A stretch of 64,000 nucleotides of DNA from Balanoglossus misakiensis (lineage: Eukaryota > Animalia > Hemichordata). The notes under the pieces are model-generated. The model did no database searches. It saw nothing but the letters and a program-made list of their open reading frames with translations, and was not told the DNA's origin. The translations under genes were made by a program, and so were the position numbers. Of this stretch, positions 56,887-64,000 are shown piece by piece (the stretch's first letter is position 1; each line of letters opens with the position of its first letter). The stretch is from positions 12,088,286 through 12,152,285 of the forward strand of contig CM082581.2 in NCBI GenBank assembly GCA_040954595.2. Direction: 5' to 3'.

Positions 56887-59800
56887 AGTATATTAATTTT
56901 GATTTGCAGTAGTTACACTTTCAATAAAGTAGCTGTAACATTTGATCAATTTTCTTTCAGAATTTCTTATTTAAAAAAAGTGGGTGTTCTGATCTGCTTT
57001 GGGGCATTTCATTCAGATAAAAACACTGAAAGGAATTATCAAAAGCTTTACAGCAACTTTCTCTGTCTAATAACCTTCAGTTTGCACATTTTCTGTAAAT
57101 TATTCACAAGAAAGCAGTCTTTTGTTTTTATATCAACAAGCTACAACTTCTAAACAGTGTGATAACAAATAATTAATGCCTATTCTGCTTCAACTAGATT
57201 AGAAAAATTGCAGGCAAAAAATAAACTAGCACAAGATAACGTAACTTAGATATATGTATGATTATTTTTATTTTGTATCATTTCACTTCATTCATGTCAT
57301 AGAATAGTACCTTCACCATTGTGTTTTTAATAATTTATCACTTTTTATTCACCTGAATATGTTAATTTTTTCCAATGTAGATTCATTTCATGTTTGTTCT
57401 TTTGTTCATTTATGTTTCGTCTGTCCAATTGCATGTTTTTGTCTTATTTGTTCATTTTTGTAGGGTCTAGCCAACCATTTTAGGATTGAGCACCCTAGCT
57501 TACAGAAAAATAGTAGAGTCAGGAGGCAGATAACAGAGGTAAAATAGAGATTGAGGAATAGCAAGTTTTTTTCTTTCACCAGATGTTTTTTTTAGCTTTT
57601 TTTCACATGAGAGAGTGCTGCACAGTTTTGCTGCATTTTTGCTTTTGTGTGTTTTGCAGTGCTCTAGTCTGTGGATTGAAAGTGCGTTTTTCTTATAAAA
57701 GCACACAGCAGTCTGGTTATAAACTCATGAAATAGTTACCGACAACGAAATCACCTTGATGAATTTTTGCTTTGTTTGAAATATGATGACGAGTATCTAG
57801 CAGTTCAAATGTTTTTGCCCAGAAAGAGGAGCATATTTCTGTCCACAGGAGCAGAGGCTGGGAAACAGGAATTGACAGGATTAAACCACAAGAAGTGAGA
57901 TAATTGAAATGAAACAAAACCACATTTCACACCACGTATCATACCCAAAACCAGAGTGCTAACCCGCACTGTTTTTTTCCCTATTTTTCTATCCAACCTT
58001 TTACCATCATTTTTTTAAACTGCAGGATGACAATCAGGTAATTTCACCTTTGATCTTATTGCCCTTTGACCCCAAGGGTGAAAGTTCACAGTAAAAGTGA
58101 GAAGTAGGTTGTCCGCAACCCGACATTAAATTCAAGCATGATCTAGTCATGACACATTAATAAAATCTAGGCCCACTACTTTGTTATCCATCCACATGTA
58201 AGGATCCCAATTTCAGATATCTGGAACATTGTAAAGAGCACCTTATTTTAAAGATATTTGTCAGAAATGTTTGAGTTTTGTGTGAACTCTTTTCCTTAAA
58301 CTTATCTTAAAGGAGTTTGTATACGACGAAATTAATAACAGAAACAATCAGAAAAGTAGATTTTCATTGATCTCTGAGTCACACAGAAACAGTTGTGGGT
58401 AGACATTTCTTAACAGGAATAGATTCAATCTTGCCAGCTCTTAAATGCTGATTGTGCCACGGCTACGAGTTTTGTGAGAAGATACTAAATCAAGCAAGAG
58501 ATTAAAATTTATCGCAGCAACACAACCTAGTTTATTGTGACTTGCTCACAGTGAGTTTTGTGATTTGAAGGATTCAGAGTTTGCCCTCGGGTGATGTTGG
58601 CTGTCTTTTCATGAGGTGTGATGTTAATAGGAGTGAAGGCTTCCTGAAGATTTTGATGTGGAAATTGGTACATGTAGCATCACAAATGGGCTACACTTAA
58701 ACTGAATTGATTTCATTTCTAGTTCCATCTACCGTATATTTCCAATTCTGTATTGATTGCTCTTTTTTGACAAACCTGAAGCAAGGTGTTAGGGCCATAA
58801 TTGAAAAGGAATCCATCAACGGTGAACTTAACAGTTGCAAAATCACACATTTCACAAAAACACCATTATCCTGTCAATGAAGCTGAGAATCATTATTAAC
58901 CCCCATTTCGCGCCTCATCGGCAGATCGTTTCTTCTCTAAAAGCCAGGTGTCTTTTGAGACGCTGATCGTCTCTTTCTTTTCAGACTTCTGCAGACCACC
59001 TCCATCAGTAGTGCCATTTTATCAAATTCACAAAATAGCTAATCCACTGCAGGCTTTCGTATCAAATAAGTCCACTTTCAATTTTCTGTGAAAGGCAGTC
59101 CGGAAAGGATTCTTTGTTCAAGTCAGGCGACCTCTTCCATGTGTCCATGCAGATCATAGCTTGTTCTTAAGTGGGTTGCGTTAGTTTGCAGGTATCACAC
59201 ATTTTTCTCCTCTCATTTTTGACCACCCCAACATCGTATCTGTGTTAATGTTTAGCATGTTAGGTGCTCACTATCATATCATGGATGGGTGGTAGTGTTA
59301 ATCACAAAAAGTGCCCTAATTCGTATGGCCATCAGATGTGAAGACCTAAAGTTGATAATTTTAAGTCATGGGGGTTTATGTAATGGGGTGCACCTTTACA
59401 AATAAAGCTTGCTTAAATGCTTTAGAAATTAGATTGAAAACCTGGCAATGGGTGAACTATCAGATGTAGCTTTGGATGTTTTTTCCTAGTATAACAACCA
59501 TGTCTAGTTAGACTGGAGAAATGGGCTTCAGATTATACCGATAATTCAGTTTCATTTGTGCATGCGCCTTCCATCTTCAAATCACACAGTCATTTTCAAT
59601 TATCATCTTGATAAAATGCTGGTTATTTCATGGACTTTGTTTGAAAATGTAGACTAGATCTATATACCACTCAGTACATCTCCAGGACGTGACAAAAATA
59701 TTTGTATGTCTTCCTTCTTTTCATCTTCTGCTCTGCAATCTCTCCACATGTGAAAATCTTGTTCATCACTTTTTTTGTCCAGAAAAATCATCTTCCTTTC

Positions 59801-62800
59801 TCCATCTCGTTTCATCACTTCCACTTCGCAACTCTTATTAGTTTTTCCCCCGAATTGATTTACTTTGTGTCCATGACAATCGGGAAATGAAATTTTTTTT
59901 TTTATTTGAATGAAATACATCGTAGTTTATAATCATGTTCGTCTTTCTTTCATTATTTTGTTGTTCAGTAAATCACTTGGAGAAATGAGTTTCCCCCTAA
60001 GTTTCAATCAATCGACACAGTTACTTTGTATCTAGGAAAAAACCATTGAACCAGCACTACAAAGATAACACTCGTTTTCAATGGAGTTGTTGCATTTTAA
60101 TCATGCTTTTTTATGACATCAAATTTATTTTGTGTTAAAAAATCACCAGGAATTCCTGAATCAAATTGCTTTAATAAATATTTTCCCATTTTCAATAGTC
60201 TGTTATTTTTCGACAAAATAAAACTGATAAAATTAATAACGAAATTCAAATCAGGATGGTTTTATAGAAGGACTGAGATAGTGTAAATGAAAAGTGTCCA
60301 CTGAATCTAATCTTTTTCCCCATTGGAGATGTAAGAAAATACTTCTAACAATTCAAGGAAATCCAAAACAAGTAAACCTTTCCTGAACAGGTCCTTACGC
60401 ACCCATTTATTCAAAATGGTTCTGACCATGTCAATGACAACAATGGGGATGAACTGATTTATGCCCAGGAAAGGGTATTTTAGGCCAACTTGTCAGATTG
60501 GGAGGGGGTGGGGGCTGTTTCTAATAATAGTTTTTAACCAGTATACAATATTTCAAGTTAACAGTACAGAAGTGAGATTTTATGTGTTTATGTATGTGTG
60601 GTTGTGGTTTGTTGTATCTTGTTATGGTTTTAGTTCAAACAGGTGTATTTTTTCCGTAAACCTATCACTCCAGTTCCCTCTGTAGAGGTTCAACGCATTC
60701 CTTAATGTAAAAATATCATGTGTGATGGTATATTTTGATGAAGATTAATTACATAGCTACTCAGAGTACGGCTTATAAAAATTTACAAAAAGCAGACACG
60801 TCGCCTAGCAACATGTCAGCCCTAACATCTCTTTTAAAGGCCTTGGTTACAAATTGCTTCTTCTTATAGCAGTGGGGATAAATCAGGAAAGGGGAAGTGT
60901 AACTTAATGTGGTAAGATGGAAAAGATTAAAGGAAAAGCGACAGCGACTGTCCGATAAAGTGAAGCTGTTAACACAGTATTGTGTATGGTGCAGAATATT
61001 AATGTAGTTGTAAGTGTTTCACTATGCGTAGATGTGCGTGGTCGTTGAGATTGTTAATTTCAAGTCTATTTCGCCAGATTTTTCACAAATCACCAATACA
61101 TCAAAGAAACCCACCTACTTAAAAGTACAATGCTTGTCAAGACTCTGTCGCAAATAAAAGATTGAAGGATAGATGTTCATATCAGCAAATGGAAATTATG
61201 TTGTGACTTGCAGGTGTATGAAAAACTGTACACAGGAGTCAATACATATGACATAATTACCGTGCCATGTTTGCATAAATACTGTAATTATAAATGTTTA
61301 TAAACATGTTCAATATCAGATCTAAGGTTATGTAGATGTTAAATCTAAGGGAGATCAATGTCCAAACATGATCATGGTACGGCTGTTTATTCTGCCTCCA
61401 TCTTAAGATCGTCCCGCAAGTCTTGTTTCTCTGAGATTCCAAAACTCACTCACCCAGAGTAAAGCCAGAGTATGTTTCCTCCGAAAAGCCTTTGCTCTTG
61501 TTGTCATGGCACTGAGACACTTTATCTGTGTTGCCTAGCAACTGGCTTGTCTTCTGCTCTGTTTCTTCAGTAGTAGCAGTAGCGTTTATCTTCTCTTTAC
61601 TTTCTGCGCCAGTGCATCCTTTAACACATACTTTTTTTCCTTTTTTATTTCCCTGTTCAAGTCCACGTACAGATTTCTAAGTAACGCCTTTTTTTCATAT
61701 CCTTCATAATAGGATGAAGTGGTGTTTGCCACAGCTTTCGACTTACTTGCCAAAGAAGGGGAAGTGAAAAAACCAAGGTAGAGTATCATTTGGTCCTTCA
61801 CTATTTCCTGACAAAAAAATAATGGCAGCATTTGCAAGAGGAACATGTGGGGAAAATATGAGATATTTTGCGTACCTTAATTTTTGACATTTGTACTTGG
61901 AAGAAACAGTTGTATCATGTGATGTTTTTCTTTATTTCTGTCACATTTTGAAAGAACACCACATCCGAGGGCCTGTCAATTACAAAGGATGACGCATGAA
62001 GAAACATAATTCTATCATTTAAGTGCTGACCTCCCTTATTAAAAATTGATTCCATAATCATACCTTTTGCAGTGGAAAGTGAATCAAGGCCCTCATCCCC
62101 CCCCCCCCCCCCCCCCAACCGTGAATAGATAACAATTCCCATGTGAGAAGTTTAATGATAGTGTTTTAATGAACTTAATTCACACGAATAACAGATTTTG
62201 AAGGAAAAAACACTCAGGGACTGATTTTTAATGACAGTTTAGCATTAAATAAGAATATCCAAATAGGTCATGAGCAGAATGACCCCTGCAAACGAATTTG
62301 TGCTGATGAAAGTTAGAACTTAACAAAACTATATTTTTCACCTAAATGAGGTGGATTTCATATGAATATTACATGAGATGAGGGATTCGGCTATTTAGGA
62401 AATTGAAACAGCGGATGAGGCCATGTACTTATCAATATTCAAAGCTCCAATTTAATCAGTTTTATCAATGTTTATAATGTCGTGATAACGGAGTCTGACG
62501 TGAGTTGCCATGGAAACGTATTGAAGAGAAACATGCTGATCAAGACAGTATATACGAAACCAAACTTGCAGCATCAATAATTGAGCGGCAACTTCGCAGA
62601 GGAGCTGAAAAATTAAAATCCCTGGTTTTACAACTTTGGGCTAGGTGGGATTAAAAGATTGGTCGGCAAAATTGCTGCTATTAATTTCAGTTTTGCTTTT
62701 GGGAAAAAGGTTTATCTGTCCTGCAGTCAAATGGGAGTGAAGTCGTACAGTTTACTTTCTACTCTTGTTTGGACTCTATTGAAGTGGAGTAAAGTGAAAC

Positions 62801-64000
62801 CTTTTTAAACCGAACCCTCTCTACTCAGAACACATCTTCACAGAACACTGAGACAAAAGACAATACCCTCTATAAGCCAGACTCTGGCATAGAGCTGTTC
62901 TGATAATGATGCGTACAAAAATTAGGACAAAAATGGCAATATTTTCTTCGGGGCAGTTTTTGTCATTATTTAAAAAATCTAGTTAAAAGAAATGGCTTAT
63001 AAATGCTCTTTGAAGTTTGGTTTGCAGGGTCCATTTAATGATCAATCATTGAACGATCTTTTTCGTAATAGTGCGTGTGAATAAATAGGAATGATCAAGA
63101 TGACCTGCAGAGGGCGTTATTTAACTCGTGATGTAGATTTATCATGATGCCCCAGCAGAGTTTGAGGGGACATTTCACTGTTTGACATTTTCCCTCTTTC
63201 AGAAGACAAGAGAGTCACTGTTTCTTGAATACCTAGTTTACATAATAGAGAAATAAAAACTTTATTTGCTTGGATAAATGTTCACATCTCAAACTTGTAA
63301 GACCTCTTTTATCTTGTGTTTCTGTCATACAACAATGCGGTTACGCCATATGCTTGGAGATGAAAGTGTGAACCGAACATTAACATCAAAGGGTTATATC
63401 TGTGTCTGGAAACAGCAACTCCCAATAGTTTAAATAACTTGACATGACTAACAGAGCACTGTCTTTGCTTTTGTGTCCTCCAATTAGCGCCTCTACCATG
63501 GAGTGGTCTGCGAAAAACGGAATTGCAAAACGAGTTGCAACCACAGGGGAGGTGAGCACATCATTTTCTTAACTTTTTTCCCCCATTTACCACTACTTAC
63601 TCGATATTTTTGACATTTCCCTCATATCATTTGTTGACTTTTGATGGATGTCCCTGCCAAGCTGATGAAGTTTTTCCATTTAAACTCCACTGGGTGTGAT
63701 TAATGATATTGGACTGTCTCCATGTCTATTTAGAGTTCCAGACAGATCAGCCTCTGGTTGTGACCCACACTTTATAATATCACAAGATGTAATGATTCCG
63801 TTGATATCTCAGAGGAAATGCCATAAACTAGGAAGAAAAAATCTAGTTATCTTTCCCCATTATTTTCATTTCAGACATTGAATATTGAAGATATTCAGAG
63901 CAACAAGTCATTCAAGATGGGCGTCGACGAGGGAAGTGGATTCGTACCAAGGACCTTGCTCTGTATGCCGATTTATAACAGTGAACATAAAATCATTGGA
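8274..64000 (+). CDS. Pde6: Gene model (5' part, runs off right edge): cGMP phosphodiesterase of the PDE5/6/11 clade with tandem GAF-A and GAF-B domains; join(8274..8900,44010..44168,52838..52927,53287..53427,[57464..57538],[58026..58037],61713..61777,63488..63551,63875..>64000)
   Basis: Exons join in compatible phases with no stop. The product contains [58 protein letters not shown], the GAF NKxnFx3DE motif ([14 protein letters not shown]), [38 protein letters not shown] and a second LLCMPIYN. From memory these match Drosophila Pde6 and PDE5/11. Orthology needs a tree. Confidence 0.93.
17470..17531 (+). repeat. Dispersed ~60-bp repeat, copy 1 (second copy at 38451..38510)
   Basis: aaaatctgtgattggatagatctcaatttgccatggtaac versus aaaatctgtgattggctggatctcaactttccttggtac. 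Confidence 0.6.
18460..18640 (+). mobile_element. Possible decayed Gypsy/GIN-type integrase core remnant
   Basis: [37 protein letters not shown] resembles the integrase pattern ML..V...Q.DWD..L..VLFAYR.S.H....P..L.FG. Confidence 0.33.
25105..25194. mobile_element. Second copy (inverted) of the piggyBac-like MITE
   Basis: ttctatggtaaagttggacctcta matches the reverse complement of the 55460 copy at 23/24; ends gaaagggTTAA. Confidence 0.7.
35327..35387. repeat. (TACA)n microsatellite with two CCGG interruptions
   Basis: Seen directly in the sequence. Confidence 0.9.
35852..35929. repeat. (TG)n and (AGAC)6 microsatellites
   Basis: Seen directly in the sequence. Confidence 0.85.
38676..38750 (+). 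mobile_element. SINE core-like fragment
   Basis: tgcccttgag..aaggcact..caacccaggagt..atacctg resembles the conserved core of widespread invertebrate tRNA-derived SINEs. Confidence 0.35.
40974..41298 (+). repeat. Diverged tandem duplication, ~165-bp unit x2
   Basis: Both units contain gccayca tctggytt..tgagct..gacagctgt..gaatacat..caaaatataatatcaattttgtcattt..ttttcct..ggtggg. Confidence 0.85.
44010..44168 (+). CDS. Pde6: PDE coding exon 2 (GAF-A second half, DPRFNREID...EFTSKDEQ)
   Basis: Polypyrimidine tract and tttttcag acceptor; CAG|GTAAGT donor; 159 nt, phase 0-0. Confidence 0.96.
44853..44975 (+). repeat. Short diverged direct duplication (~45 bp, period ~78)
   Basis: aaatctgccatggctaattaacaggtttgtagaaatgatctgca versus aaatctgtcacggctaattaaaggtgtttgttggaatgatctgca. 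Confidence 0.7.
47814..48414. mobile_element. Non-autonomous DNA transposon (MITE), 593 bp, TTAA target duplication, AG termini (Kolobok-like)
   Basis: TTAA|AGCCCCAGTATTTCTCGT ... ACGAGAAATACTGGGGCT|TTAA: perfect 18-bp TIRs; interior is CpG-rich, suggesting a young insertion. Confidence 0.85.
48950..49580 (-). mobile_element. Possible decayed APE-type endonuclease remnant (LINE or Helentron-like)
   Basis: Interrupted minus frames give, in order, DIEGIQ..NVIVFLE, IISVYKS, AGDM and APTKHYGT, echoing the APE motifs N-G, DI-ET, VYRSP, GDFN and PT-GT-D. Confidence 0.33.
52838..52927 (+). CDS. Pde6: PDE coding exon 3 ([30 protein letters not shown])
   Basis: tttgcag acceptor; 90 nt; ends at the non-canonical donor CAG|GCAAGT. 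Confidence 0.93.
53287..53427 (+). CDS. Pde6: PDE coding exon 4 ([13 protein letters not shown]...ILEEHEEG; start of GAF-B)
   Basis: aatcag acceptor; GGG|GTAGGT donor; 141 nt, phase 0-0; continues exon 3 homology. Confidence 0.92.
54311..54722 (-). pseudogene. Decayed PHD-finger-like coding remnant, probably TE-derived
   Basis: ORFs 54540..54722 and 54311..54553 join through a 1-nt slip in an A-run to give [32 protein letters not shown], which has C4HC3-like spacing with H replaced by S. Confidence 0.4.
55460..55554. mobile_element. ~87-bp piggyBac-like MITE (TTAA-CCCTTT...AAAGGG-TTAA)
   Basis: Terminal inverted CCCTTT/AAAGGG flanked by TTAA; related copies at 25105 and 60657. Confidence 0.75.
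56785..56880. repeat. (GA)9 and (GAT)16 microsatellites
   Basis: Seen directly; explains the poly-D ORF 56818..57153. Confidence 0.95.
57464..57538 (+). CDS. Pde6: Probable exon, likely a cassette, in the GAF-B loop insertion ([25 protein letters not shown])
   Basis: Long U-rich tract and tttttgtag acceptor; GAG|GTAAAA donor; 75 nt, open, phase 0-0. Lies where invertebrate Pde6 has a variable GAF-B insert. Confidence 0.7.
58026..58037 (+). CDS. Pde6: Candidate 12-nt microexon GATGACAATCAG (DDNQ)
   Basis: Branchpoint-like tgctaac near 57957, ~55-nt pyrimidine tract, ctgcag acceptor, CAG|GTAATT donor; frame-preserving, phase 0-0. Confidence 0.55.
60657..60700. mobile_element. Partial third copy of the piggyBac-like MITE
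   Basis: ccagttccctctgtagaggttcaac versus ccagttcccttttagaggtccaac in the 55460 copy. Confidence 0.55.
61713..61777 (+). CDS. Pde6: PDE exon ([22 protein letters not shown])
   Basis: Pyrimidine tract and aatag acceptor; AG|GTAGAG donor; phase 0-2, matching the next exon. Confidence 0.82.
62504..62517. promoter_or_regulatory. RFX X-box consensus match GTTGCCATGGAAAC (one of many in the window)
   Basis: Matches GTHNYY-AT-RRNAAC; function not shown. Confidence 0.45.
63488..63551 (+). CDS. Pde6: PDE exon ([21 protein letters not shown])
   Basis: attag acceptor; GAG|GTGAGC donor; phase 2-0; GIAxxVAxTGE is a GAF motif. Confidence 0.9.
63875..64000 (+). CDS. Pde6: PDE exon, truncated by window edge ([42 protein letters not shown])
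   Basis: tttcatttcag acceptor; phase 0; GAF-B LCMPI motif. Confidence 0.92.

Noticed and set aside
56818-57153. Poly-Asp ORF
   Set aside because: Product of a (GAT)16 microsatellite.
7435-62655. TAATCC (Otx/Crx) sites as a photoreceptor signature
   Set aside because: The number I noticed does not exceed a rough chance expectation for AT-rich DNA.
63203-63236. Strong acceptor tccctctttcag as an extra PDE exon
   Set aside because: Hits a TAG in the required phase, and 61777 joins cleanly to 63488.
1-64000. CRISPR arrays, rRNA/tRNA genes, prokaryotic operons or defence systems
   Set aside because: No regularly spaced repeats or RNA gene signatures were seen; the window is spliceosomal eukaryotic DNA.

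Overview
AT-rich eukaryotic (animal) genomic DNA. My low-confidence impression is a marine invertebrate, possibly a deuterostome; nothing here is prokaryotic. Most of the window (8274 to the right edge, + strand) is the 5' half of a tandem-GAF cGMP phosphodiesterase of the PDE5/6/11 clade, most like the invertebrate Pde6 class. I can chain 7 core coding exons plus a likely 75-nt cassette exon and a 12-nt microexon. Intron 1 is 35 kb and one intron is GC-AG. The catalytic domain lies beyond the window. Head-to-head across a CpG-rich promoter region, 1-7752 on the - strand holds a decayed, compact multi-exon gene with stops and frameshifts. Its remnants read as signal peptide, Cys/N-glycan-rich ectodomain, TM helix, NPxY, then a talin-like FERM domain. 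The introns hold TTAA-target MITEs, decayed TE coding remnants, microsatellites and a high density of RFX X-box-like palindromes. All exon calls come from manual reading and translation; no database searches were run.
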